Shown here: one piece after another, positions 37,288-46,242 of the stretch
Numbering within the stretch: the stretch's first letter is position 1
How the letters are laid out: every line of letters begins with the position of its first letter
Source: a virus
IMG/VR virus record: IMGVR_UViG_3300049855_000474
Coordinates: 64,001-128,000 of that record
Strand: one strand, 5' to 3'
DNA length: 64,000 bases
Position numbers and translations under genes: made by a program
Notes under the pieces: generated by a model
Databases searched by the model: none
What the model was told of the DNA's origin: nothing
Seen by the model: the letters and a program-made list of their open reading frames with translations, nothing else

Positions 37288-39114
37288 TTACAGGATGAAA
37301 TAGTTAATGTGGTCACCAGAGTTAATCTTCTGGAAAGCCGTGATGGATGTCGTGCTAGTTTCGGTATAATCGTTACCGCTAGTAGAAGGTCCGGGGTCCC
37401 GCAGAAGACCGCGCCAGAATACCCAGAGACCAACACCGTTATTGGTGCCGTCAAGAAGGTAGGTATTGCCACCAGGCAATGTATGAGCCGTGCCCGCACT
37501 AATTTGAGCAGCCAAACGCTCAATAACACGAGTTACGCTTGCGCTTGAGATAGCAGAGGAAAGTGCCTGCAAGCTGGCGGTGATAGTCTCACCATCCGTA
37601 AGATAGGGACCCGTGTAATCACGAATACCAATCTGTTGGTTGATCTTGTTAAGAACCTCTGTTACAGAGGGATTCTGATCAAGACCCGAGAACACGTAGA
37701 AGTTGGAAGTATTGGTCAGACCTTCAAGGAAATCATCACCATCAGAAACACCAAGCAAACTGCGGATATCAGAAATATCCTGAGCCACACCAGCGTCACC
37801 AACGATACCATTGACTAATGTCCTACGAAGAGCGTTTTCGCTCATAAGGTCAAGACGTTCGCGGAAACCGTAGAACACGTTGACGGAAGTAGGCAGTAGC
37901 TTTTCCCAGGTATAAGCAGCGGAACCCGAGAGAGCTGCGCCTTGCGCTACCTTGCGGAAGTGAGCTTCATACGAATCACCATCTACAGCGCCACCACCAA
38001 GAGAACGGGCGAAGATACGGAAGCCCGCGTCAGCAGTACCACCAGACATACCAACCACAATGAAACCAGCGTCAACGACAGTTTCAGTAATGGTTACGTT
38101 ACCAGCCGTGCCTGGATTAGTATTAAGAAGTTCAACGATAGCGCCGCCGCCTGTTGAAGCATTGATATTCAGTACAGGGGCACTGTTGACAGCTGCGATG
38201 ATGGTAGCTGCGACAGTGGCAGCTGAATCACCGCCAGCAAAGGTAATAGCACGAAGAGTATTCGACTGCACAACTGAGGCGTTACTATCAAATTCAAAAG
38301 TAACGGCAGGATTTGTGCCATCACTAAGAACGAAAACTTCACCGTCAAGAAGAGCAGCACCAGCGACGGCAGTGATTCGACCCACAGCACGCCCATCAAC
38401 CGTAAGAGCTTGACCCGTTGAAGGATTGATTAACTCAATGTAAGTTGCCTCATGATCGCCAGCGTCAGCGCCATCGAAAACCGGCACACCTGTTCTATCG
38501 ACAGCATCTGCCCAAGGCAAGTTACCAGCACTAGAAACAGTTACGTTAGTATTACCATGAGCCACAGCCTGAGCAAGGAACAAACGAGTATTGACCAAAG
38601 CCTTAGCGTCCGTGGTCTTACTGGCAATATTCGTAAGATTAGCAGGTACCGCAGTACCTACCGCAGTAGGACGCTCATACGTAGGAACAGAATCTGTATG
38701 TGAAGCAGTACCCTTAATTAACTTGCGATCCGTACGGACAAAGTTGATGTCATCTTCCAACGAATAAGGATCTCGAACAGAGTAGGTACCAGTGAAAGCT
38801 TCGGCTACACCGGAAGCATTCTGATACGTAATGACCGTACCGCTGGTGAATGCCGAAATAAGGAACGAACCATTGTTAGCGCCAGTGGTAGCACCAGCTA
38901 TTGTAATAAAACGACCTACATCAGCGGCTGTAAAGGTGGCACCTGCATCCGTAAGGGTCATATTTGGTGCGGTACCGCCGATGGTATCACCAGTACCGGT
39001 AGCAGTTGTGGCACCAAAACTAGAACTCTCATCCGTGAGAGTACGAGTATTACTTGGATTAATACTGCCCTTAATATCAATCTGTTGATCAAGGGCATTA
39101 GGTCTAACTGGCAT
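37288..39114 (-). CDS. Putative virion structural protein
   Basis: 608 aa Ala/Thr/Gly-rich, AGGAG RBS, GATFTAADVGRFITI and DYTETSTTSIT motifs typical of fibre/sheath-associated domains. Confidence 0.65.
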   Translation of the reverse strand: MPVRPNALDQQIDIKGSINPSNTRTLTDESSSFGATTATGTGDTIGGTAPNMTLTDAGATFTAADVGRFITIAGATTGANNGSFLISAFTSGTVITYQNASGVAEAFTGTYSVRDPYSLEDDINFVRTDRKLIKGTASHTDSVPTYERPTAVGTAVPANLTNIASKTTDAKALVNTRLFLAQAVAHGNTNVTVSSAGNLPWADAVDRTGVPVFDGADAGDHEATYIELINPSTGQALTVDGRAVGRITAVAGAALLDGEVFVLSDGTNPAVTFEFDSNASVVQSNTLRAITFAGGDSAATVAATIIAAVNSAPVLNINASTGGGAIVELLNTNPGTAGNVTITETVVDAGFIVVGMSGGTADAGFRIFARSLGGGAVDGDSYEAHFRKVAQGAALSGSAAYTWEKLLPTSVNVFYGFRERLDLMSENALRRTLVNGIVGDAGVAQDISDIRSLLGVSDGDDFLEGLTNTSNFYVFSGLDQNPSVTEVLNKINQQIGIRDYTGPYLTDGETITASLQALSSAISSASVTRVIERLAAQISAGTAHTLPGGNTYLLDGTNNGVGLWVFWRGLLRDPGPSTSGNDYTETSTTSITAFQKINSGDHINYFIL

Positions 39115-39139
39115 TGACGTCTCCTATAGTTTAATTGTA

Positions 39140-40351
39140 TTAAGCCAGTAGATAATCTGCTTCTATTTCAGAAAATTGATTCGGAGTAAAGCCAAGTAAA
39201 TATACAGAATCGTAACCTGTTCCAGGTCCACCGCTCTCGAATGGATAATACTCACCACCTTCAGACGGTGTTCCTGTCGTAGCTTGTTTCAAGCGACGAC
39301 CATTATGATGCACAACAATAGTTTCACCTAAAATCAAATCGTGGACAAAAACATCGGGAACTAAGAAAACCTTATTTATGCTATTTCTCAGCCCAAGTAG
39401 TGGAATTCCATACTTACGAGAAGCTGCGGTGCAGAGAGTGAGGGTGAGCTGACCAAATAGTAATCCGTGCGTTCTAGATACTACAGAGTTTAAATCCCGA
39501 ACAGCATCAATATCACCGGAACCAGAAAGTGAATTCGGAAATACACGAGAGCACTTTGTAGCAGAAAGTTGAACAATTTCCCCAGTACCAGAATAAACAG
39601 GATGTCCAGAGCTTGTAGCCGCATTAATAATGGAGTTTTCTAGTACAATTTCGGCTAGACCTGTGGACCCGGATAACTTAGATAATAAATGCCCAGTAGA
39701 TAACATTGTAACTTTGCTATGGATTAGATGAACCAAACCATTAGAAACACCAACAACAGAGACAAGATCTCCACTAGTATCACATAACAAATTTATGTTT
39801 TGAATTCTAAGAGTTCGCCCTATAATAGCTACACCATTATCAAAAATTACTGTAGGCTGTGAGCTTCCAAGCCCCTGAATAAAAACACCACGAAGGTCGT
39901 AAGTTCCGGAAGGTATATGAATAGCACTACCAGGATCCAGAGAATCATCAATAATTACAATGCCTCCACCGCTAGCTACTAGTCTGGTATACAAGGTTGC
40001 CCAATCAGCAAAAACTATATTATCAGGATATACAGTTGTTGCCATAGGACGTAAAATAAAGATGCCTGAAGCACCAGAAGCCCCTGGTACAGCGCTAATA
40101 GCCTCCGCTATGAACCGCTTAATGTCGGCAAGAGTCACATATTCGGCGTCGTCATCTTCAATTTCAGGAGTATTGAAGACGTTGAATTCTATTTTGTGCT
40201 GCTCTTGTAATAATACTAAGGAGGTTCTAAGAGCCTCTACCTCTGCCACGCGAACAAAGATCGTCCTTGTGCTGTCAGGGAGTACAATTCCCAAGACACC
40301 ATCAAATGCGATCAGGTCCAATGTTAGGTTTTTGACTCTTAACCACGGCAT
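39140..40351 (-). CDS. Putative decoration/spike protein, beta-helix-like middle
   Basis: Shares its N-terminal domain with the two upstream genes; IHIPSGTYDL precedes a beta-helix-like region. Confidence 0.6.
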   Translation of the reverse strand: MPWLRVKNLTLDLIAFDGVLGIVLPDSTRTIFVRVAEVEALRTSLVLLQEQHKIEFNVFNTPEIEDDDAEYVTLADIKRFIAEAISAVPGASGASGIFILRPMATTVYPDNIVFADWATLYTRLVASGGGIVIIDDSLDPGSAIHIPSGTYDLRGVFIQGLGSSQPTVIFDNGVAIIGRTLRIQNINLLCDTSGDLVSVVGVSNGLVHLIHSKVTMLSTGHLLSKLSGSTGLAEIVLENSIINAATSSGHPVYSGTGEIVQLSATKCSRVFPNSLSGSGDIDAVRDLNSVVSRTHGLLFGQLTLTLCTAASRKYGIPLLGLRNSINKVFLVPDVFVHDLILGETIVVHHNGRRLKQATTGTPSEGGEYYPFESGGPGTGYDSVYLLGFTPNQFSEIEADYLLA

Positions 40352-40370
40352 GTATGGAGCAATTTCAAGG

Positions 40371-41153
40371 TCAACTACGGAGTAACGTCAACGAACGATA
40401 AGTCGCGCGCAATGCTCCCTCTGTAGCCTTCCAATAGATTGCAACAATGTCTCCCGCTTCCAGGGACAGGCATGCAGTCGTAAATACGCTAGTAGAGTCT
40501 TCTTGGGTGCGCACCCAAGAGCGTTCTGAGCCCTCGAGTATGGTATCAGCAAACCCCCCACCAAAACGACCTAGACATATTTTACCCTTAGAAGAAACGG
40601 GACTGTAGAGCCCAATTTCTCCCAATACCAACCAGCGACCGGAAGAAGGTATCACTAGTTGTAAGCCATTAACAGGAGCATATGTCTGGTGAGATTGAGA
40701 GACAGCATTCTGTGCATCTGCACGAAATGCCATAGGCTGTGGAGGTGTTGTTTGAAGGTGCAGTAGCGTTTTTTCGCAATCTACAAGCTTTTCAGCTAGA
40801 AGTTGAGTTACAACTACTTGAGAGGCTAAAGCGTCATCCAGCGTAGAAACACGAGAAAACAAAGCTGCTACGGAATCTTTGGATGCGTCAAGACTGGATT
40901 GAAGCTTCTCGACACCAGGAGATGTCATCGTTAGAGCATTACGAGGAGAAACAGGAGAAACAAGATCTGAGTGGACCGTGTAAGAAATAATACCCTTAGT
41001 TTTAAGAGAGTCCAAAAGAGGCTTTAGTGCCTCGAATTCGATAGCAGTAAGCTCAACTTCTTGGGTAGCCCGCCGACCTAAGTTCGGTACGCGACTAGTC
41101 AAAGGAATTTCCGCTACTGTATTGTTTACCAAAGTAATTTTCACACTAAGCAC
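40371..41153 (-). CDS. Putative decoration/fibre protein with C1q/BclA-like C-terminus
   Basis: N-terminal shared domain, coiled coil, then IPSSGRWLV...SLEAGDIVAIYW. Confidence 0.6.
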   Translation of the reverse strand: MLSVKITLVNNTVAEIPLTSRVPNLGRRATQEVELTAIEFEALKPLLDSLKTKGIISYTVHSDLVSPVSPRNALTMTSPGVEKLQSSLDASKDSVAALFSRVSTLDDALASQVVVTQLLAEKLVDCEKTLLHLQTTPPQPMAFRADAQNAVSQSHQTYAPVNGLQLVIPSSGRWLVLGEIGLYSPVSSKGKICLGRFGGGFADTILEGSERSWVRTQEDSTSVFTTACLSLEAGDIVAIYWKATEGALRATYRSLTLLRS

Positions 41154-41195
41154 CTACAGTAGAAGGAGATGAGACTACCTAAACTAATTACTTAG

Positions 41196-41621
41196 TTACT
41201 TAGCAACCCAGCCCGTATTACCAACGCCGGTTTCTTTGACGTACAGAGTCGTACCAGCGCCGCCATTCGTACGAAGGAAAAGACAACCAACAGGAGCCGT
41301 GACAGCAGCTTCAGGCGTACCAGCACCAACAAAGATCTTGGCAGCACCCAACGTAAGAGGAGAAGCAAAAGAAGCAGTCAAGGAACCGTTCTCAAGCTGT
41401 TCCTTCATCACACCCTCAGCCGCATCATCGACGGCTGAAGTATTTGCTGCTACTGACCAAGTCAAAAGATTAGCAGCAGCTAGGCTAACCAGCATAGGGC
41501 GAGCATCCTCAAGAGCTGCCGTATTAAGCTCGACAGTTCGCGAAGCACCACCAGCCAAAATGCCAATCGAGGCACTGACAGGAAGTTCCGCACTTGTTCT
41601 ATTTGTTACAGTTACCAACAT
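41196..41621 (-). CDS. Small decoration/fibre protein
   Basis: Ends GAGTPEAAVTAPVGCLFLRTNGGAGTTLYVKETGVGNTGWVAK, a common phage fibre C-terminal motif. Confidence 0.7.
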   Translation of the reverse strand: MLVTVTNRTSAELPVSASIGILAGGASRTVELNTAALEDARPMLVSLAAANLLTWSVAANTSAVDDAAEGVMKEQLENGSLTASFASPLTLGAAKIFVGAGTPEAAVTAPVGCLFLRTNGGAGTTLYVKETGVGNTGWVAK

Positions 41622-41647
41622 GATACCACCTAGTATGTAGAGAATGA

Positions 41648-41664
41648 CCGGTTAAATTAGCAGC
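41648..41664 (-). promoter_or_regulatory. Candidate late promoter (GCTAATTTAAC)
   Basis: Lies 26 nt upstream of the structural operon; related CTAATTT sites at 16411-16421 (before the capsid gene) and 16781-16790. Confidence 0.45.
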
Positions 41665-41753
41665 TCAGAATACATTTACTCCAAGACAAAAGTCTTTTAC
41701 CAGACAATCACCAAAAAGCTACGAAATTGAACCTTTCGGAAGTTAAATAAAGC

Positions 41754-42935
41754 TTACAGTAAGCCAATTCTCGAAAGAAGAGGAAGTATTTGCCCTGTCC
41801 CAGCAGGACCTCGAAACACAGGAACAACAACACTAGAAAGACCGTAATCATAAGGACGAGTAGCAAGAGAACCCACACTGTTTCTACGAAGAAGATTTCT
41901 CTTGACTTTTGGAAGCTCTGTACGGATATATTCACCTAAACGACTGATGGCACTTTCGTAAGTACCAGTACGATCAGTATCAAGAGTAATAGTTTGACCC
42001 GAAAAGTTGAACTTCAACTCACCTTCAGCGATAAATTGAGCCTGAAGTCCCCACCAAGCAGCAGCGGCTATCAAAAAAGTATCAATTCCAGCCATACTAG
42101 AAATTGTACCAAAGCCCCACATAGTGATAGGGTTGAAGGAATTCACGATACCTAGCCCACGAACAAAATATTCGTACATATCAGAATCTGAATAGGCTTG
42201 AACGTGACCTTCTTTTTTCTGAACCTTATCCATTAACATACGAAGAGAAGGCTGTAGAAACCAAAATTGTGATTCAGGTACTCGAATTTGTTGAATAAAA
42301 TGTTGAGATGGTGATATTGGCGTCTCTCTAATAGCCCAAGTGGCTATGTAGCTGCCTACTTGCAGTTCTGAGGTATCTGCATAATACATAATGAAGCCAT
42401 CAGTATTGACTTTAACAGGGGTATAGGTCTCAACCTGCCCACCAGTATTCATCAAAGTGACAGAAAGTGAGCTAGGTTCCCTAGCCATTTTAAGGAATAA
42501 ACGCTCAGAAGTGTTTTCAAGAGTGAGGTTGGTATAGGCTCTCTCCTCAGAAGTAGCGACAATATTGTCTATTACAGTGAAAAATTGAGTCTTAGAGACC
42601 TGGCGTCCACCAGCAGTAAAGAGAATCCAATCAATACGCCAATTCTGGTCTGTAACGGACAACTCAGCATCTGCTGGAACAAACCAACTATAACGATAGC
42701 GACCATCACCCAAAGAAATCGCTACAGCCTGCTGTATTATCTCCTCCGAAGGAGAAACAATACTAACCGAAGGATACTGAGCAGGATCTATCGGAACAAG
42801 GGGATCCCCCACCTCATCTAGGAATAGTTGCTCGAAAATGGTATTTACCCCTCGAACAACTTTTTGTGGTGTTATAGCTTGTACCATCCTTATCAAATAA
42901 CGTTGGGCTACCTGTATAATAGTAATAATTGGCAA
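41754..42935 (-). CDS. Putative neck / head-tail adaptor protein
   Basis: Ig-like N-terminus, then LRMLMDK...YSDSDM...FNFSGQTITLDTDRT, an adaptor-like pattern. Confidence 0.6.
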   Translation of the reverse strand: MPIITIIQVAQRYLIRMVQAITPQKVVRGVNTIFEQLFLDEVGDPLVPIDPAQYPSVSIVSPSEEIIQQAVAISLGDGRYRYSWFVPADAELSVTDQNWRIDWILFTAGGRQVSKTQFFTVIDNIVATSEERAYTNLTLENTSERLFLKMAREPSSLSVTLMNTGGQVETYTPVKVNTDGFIMYYADTSELQVGSYIATWAIRETPISPSQHFIQQIRVPESQFWFLQPSLRMLMDKVQKKEGHVQAYSDSDMYEYFVRGLGIVNSFNPITMWGFGTISSMAGIDTFLIAAAAWWGLQAQFIAEGELKFNFSGQTITLDTDRTGTYESAISRLGEYIRTELPKVKRNLLRRNSVGSLATRPYDYGLSSVVVPVFRGPAGTGQILPLLSRIGLL

Positions 42936-42966
42936 GTTACGCTAGCACTCCTTATTTAATAGGAGA

Positions 42967-44094
42967 ATGCCTGTTAAAGGATATAGACCGCCTGACGTAG
43001 ACAGGGTCACCACCGATACTGACGTGTTGGATGACTTGGTTCAGCGCCATGTGCGCGAAGACCTACTTCCAATGATCGCACAGAAATCTAGAAATGCCCT
43101 CAATGTTACACCGGTCTACATTGAGTATTTTCAAAGGCTCAAGACAGGCAGGCGCTGTTCTTGCTTTACTGTAGAAACGGATGCAGGCGGTCAATGTCCA
43201 GCCTGCTTTGGTACAGGTATCGTAGGCGGATACACTAAACGTGGTACCAAAACGGAAGTATTTGACGTTACCTACCAAAATGTAGTGGCGGCTAACGTCC
43301 AAGCGGATTACAGTAATAGTACAAGACCTGTTTACTGGACCCTGGTGGATACAGCGGTCTATGGAACCCTAGAGTTTACAGTACAGGTTAATAAAAATTG
43401 TGGTCTTCTGGACGTTTACGAAATTAGAGACTATCAACCTACAGGCACTCTGATTCAGTACTTTGTGAGGGCAGACGACGAAATCAACTTCGTAGCTATG
43501 ACCCGAGCAGCACTAGAACAACGGCTAACAACAAGTTTTCTACATTTCAAAATTACAATAAAACGTAATAGTCCGGCAGCACCTCTACCGAAACTACAAT
43601 TGTTTAGGTTTTCTTATCGGCTGCTTCGTTTGTCTTGTTTGCGTGCGGATATCCCGAGAGTAACAGAAAGCCAAACACTAGAAGAGCTAGGACTCTATCA
43701 AAGCTGGACTAATCAGTCATATTTTCTAGACAACACGCTCAAAAACTGCTCAACCGAGGATTTTCTGATAAACCTACAGGATAATACAAGATGGAAGGTA
43801 AACGAAGTAAAGGGAAATGCTCCACTGAACATCACCTTGTCGTGGGACCTAACTTGCCGTCTTGTTCTTGATACAGAACCTTATGCACTGGTACCAGCAG
43901 GCGTCGTAGATTCGAGTGTTTTGCCTTCTCAATTTATACGTTCTATACAAACTGACAAAGAGATTGTGGAACAGACTCAACTTAATCCTGGGCATTTACG
44001 TCTACCTGGGAACAGGGCGGATCAAACTAACGTCAATCAAAGCCCCGTCGCGCCTGGTATTGCAGATGTGGCAAAACCTAGTCGAAATACGTAA
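42967..44094 (+). CDS. Putative neck / head-closure protein with zinc finger
   Basis: TGRRCSC...CPACFGTGIVGGY, DNTRWKV; AGGAG RBS. Confidence 0.6.
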   Translation: MPVKGYRPPDVDRVTTDTDVLDDLVQRHVREDLLPMIAQKSRNALNVTPVYIEYFQRLKTGRRCSCFTVETDAGGQCPACFGTGIVGGYTKRGTKTEVFDVTYQNVVAANVQADYSNSTRPVYWTLVDTAVYGTLEFTVQVNKNCGLLDVYEIRDYQPTGTLIQYFVRADDEINFVAMTRAALEQRLTTSFLHFKITIKRNSPAAPLPKLQLFRFSYRLLRLSCLRADIPRVTESQTLEELGLYQSWTNQSYFLDNTLKNCSTEDFLINLQDNTRWKVNEVKGNAPLNITLSWDLTCRLVLDTEPYALVPAGVVDSSVLPSQFIRSIQTDKEIVEQTQLNPGHLRLPGNRADQTNVNQSPVAPGIADVAKPSRNT

Positions 44095-44106
44095 ACGAGG
44101 AAGAAA

Positions 44107-44451
44107 ATGGCGACGATTACTATCAAGATAAATACTGCGACAGTACCGGAAAAAGCGGTTATCGTTCTAGGTGATTATCAACACGTCAAAAATTTGAGTC
44201 AGACTGTATCGGTAAACAAACCTCCGGTAGTCAGCACACATCACGGAGTTTCTAGGACACAGGAGTCCTTTATAGGCGGTTTAGTAATCAGTCAGTACGA
44301 GCAATCGTACGACCAGGAAATTTTCAAGCGATGGAACTGGGGAATGATCGCCGAACTAGCCACATTGATTGAGAAAAACAAAGTTTCTGTGAAATTAGAT
44401 GGGGCAGCCCAAACAGCAACCCAAATACGAGCAATGTACACTTCGACGTAA
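44107..44451 (+). CDS. Small putative virion protein
   Basis: 114 aa, GAGG RBS. Confidence 0.5.
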   Translation: MATITIKINTATVPEKAVIVLGDYQHVKNLSQTVSVNKPPVVSTHHGVSRTQESFIGGLVISQYEQSYDQEIFKRWNWGMIAELATLIEKNKVSVKLDGAAQTATQIRAMYTST

Positions 44452-44460
44452 AGCTAAAAT

Positions 44461-44760
44461 ATGAAACCTACATACACCGAGAAGAGCATCGAAGGTATTC
44501 ACTACTTCGCAATGTCAAAGACCGCCGCTGTTTCACAGGTGGTCCTTCGAATTTGTGAACTAGCAATATTGCATCGAGCGCATTTCGGAGATGTCATTCT
44601 TGACTTATCCGATGCTAAAGATTCAGATATCCCTTTACTCAATAGAGCTGTAAAGAAGTTGGTAGCGACCAATAGAAAAGTCGTAACCATAGGCAAACAA
44701 TTTCAAAATATGCCCGTGCATACATCTATACAGTCTGCGGTGTCAGCCTTGAAGGATTAA
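44461..44760 (+). CDS. STAS-like (anti-sigma antagonist fold) protein, degenerate
   Basis: 99 aa; DVILDLS, RKVVTIG and PVHTSIQSAVSAL match the STAS layout. Confidence 0.55.
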   Translation: MKPTYTEKSIEGIHYFAMSKTAAVSQVVLRICELAILHRAHFGDVILDLSDAKDSDIPLLNRAVKKLVATNRKVVTIGKQFQNMPVHTSIQSAVSALKD

Positions 44761-44788
44761 AGTTTTAATGTAACCAGGAGAAGAGCCT

Positions 44789-44986
44789 ATGGCGTACGTT
44801 GTAGTGGATATGGTTAATGATACCGAAGAAATTCTCTGCAGTGATAAATGTTGCGCAAGTTGCAACTGTTCATTAGAGAACTGCACAACCTACGCAGCGG
44901 GGGCTTCGCAGATATGCGTCGATTGCGCCAAACAAGAAGCTGCAAAGTATCATGAACATGTGATGCCTAGGCTTGAAACTTACTAA
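44789..44986 (+). CDS. Small Cys-rich protein
   Basis: CASC...ICVDCA; AGGAG RBS. Confidence 0.55.
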   Translation: MAYVVVDMVNDTEEILCSDKCCASCNCSLENCTTYAAGASQICVDCAKQEAAKYHEHVMPRLETY

Positions 44987-45052
44987 ATTTCCTTTAGTTT
45001 ACTCTTAGCTTAATCTTTGGCTTACCACCTTACACACTAAAGGTGCTCAGCC

Positions 45053-45349
45053 ATGTCTAATACTATTATAGCTCTTGTAAGATGTACAGGATGTGAGGTA
45101 GACAGCCTGGCTCGTATCGTTCTTCAAGAACGTGAAGGTCAACCTTTCCGCTGTATTGAGCCTCCTAGACCCTGGCTATATGTATGGGCTGCTACAAGCA
45201 GTAAAGAAAAAGATTCAGTCTTCGCATGCTGTCGCTGGTGTGCTCGTGATATTATGGCGGAAATCGTCAACACGACCAATGAAAAGATTGTGTACTCCTG
45301 GTGTGAGCAGACACAAGTTAGGGAGCGGTACGAGGTCAAAGATGAATGA
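45053..45349 (+). CDS. Small zinc-finger protein
   Basis: RCTGC...PPRPW...ACCRWC. Confidence 0.55.
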   Translation: MSNTIIALVRCTGCEVDSLARIVLQEREGQPFRCIEPPRPWLYVWAATSSKEKDSVFACCRWCARDIMAEIVNTTNEKIVYSWCEQTQVRERYEVKDE

Positions 45350-45454
45350 GAGTCGTTATATAATTGAAGGATGCGAAAAGTGTATCCAAGGCAGTATAAG
45401 CCTAATACACTAGTAATTTCGAGAACCTCCAAGGAAGGAAGGAGGACGGGGTCA

Positions 45455-45958
45455 ATGACTAAAAGCAAAAAGTCGATTAAGAAAACTCTAAATCGACCGA
45501 AACGTGTTTTGGGTCTTGACCCCGGTTAAATTTGCACCGTGAACTTTGCATTTAGTTTCTTAGTAGACGGCACACTAGAGGAAACTGGTTGGTTAAAGCC
45601 TCAACCGAATGTCACAGATGACGCTGCTTTCCTTAATAACATCATAGAACTAATTCTTAGACTAAAGCCAGATGCCATAATAGCAGAACGCTATATGTTT
45701 CGTGGTATACAGAGCATACAAACTGAGCTAATTAGCCAAATGCTGGGACGCATAGCCATTATCACCAGGTATTATCTAGGTCAAGAATTGTATCAGATTA
45801 CAGCGTCGCAATGGAAAAACTTCTATAAAGTCAAGAAGCTAAAGAACGGTGTATACGACCTGTTCCCAGAAGACACAGAGAGATTTGACCTAATCCACCA
45901 AGTGGACGCTGCCTGTATCGCTAAATACGGACAAGAGCGTTGGTGTTTACTAAAATGA
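45455..45958 (+). pseudogene. ruvC: RuvC-like Holliday junction resolvase interrupted by an in-frame TAA (split, recoded or pseudogene)
   Basis: GGAGG RBS, ATG 45455, MTKSKK...RVLGLDPG-stop(45527-45529)-IC-TVNFAFS...PDAIIAERY...ITASQWK...HQVDAACIA, all in one frame. Confidence 0.75.
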
Positions 45959-46242
45959 CAGATTTCAACAAAGAATATCCAGCCTGGTCAGTAAATAAAC
46001 AAGAAGCCAAGAAAATTGGGGATCGTTTAGGTGTGGACTGGACAAGATTCCCTATCGAAGAGTTTCAAAAAGGGATTGAAATTGAGTTCGAACACGTGAC
46101 CGACATCGTGGAAGCTGCTCGGATTGCTATTATGCACCTAGTAGAATCTAAAACTTACTACAGGGACTTGGAGAGTGTTGAAAATAAAAAGGTCTCCGAG
46201 CACAGAAAAGTTCTCCTTGCCTTTATTAGGCAAGATCGATAG
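45940..46242 (+). CDS. DUF5661-like protein
   Basis: EFQKGIEIEFEH...ARIAIMHLVE...YYRDL; likely start ATG 45955. Confidence 0.65.
   Translation: MVFTKMTDFNKEYPAWSVNKQEAKKIGDRLGVDWTRFPIEEFQKGIEIEFEHVTDIVEAARIAIMHLVESKTYYRDLESVENKKVSEHRKVLLAFIRQDR

Noticed and set aside
32581-41621. Diversity-generating retroelement or invertible fibre cassette
   Set aside because: No reverse transcriptase or invertase in the window, and repeat differences are mostly synonymous rather than adenine-specific.
45342-45458. A second interrupted ORF (MNESRY...IH, two stops, then FREPP...GQ ending on the ruvC ATGA)
   Set aside because: No recognisable protein spans the stops; the in-frame end has about a one-in-three chance, and TAATTT there is better read as a promoter candidate.
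45527-45529. Genome-wide stop-codon reassignment explaining the ruvC TAA
   Set aside because: TAA, TAG and TGA all end well-defined genes here, and other conserved genes are uninterrupted in the standard code.
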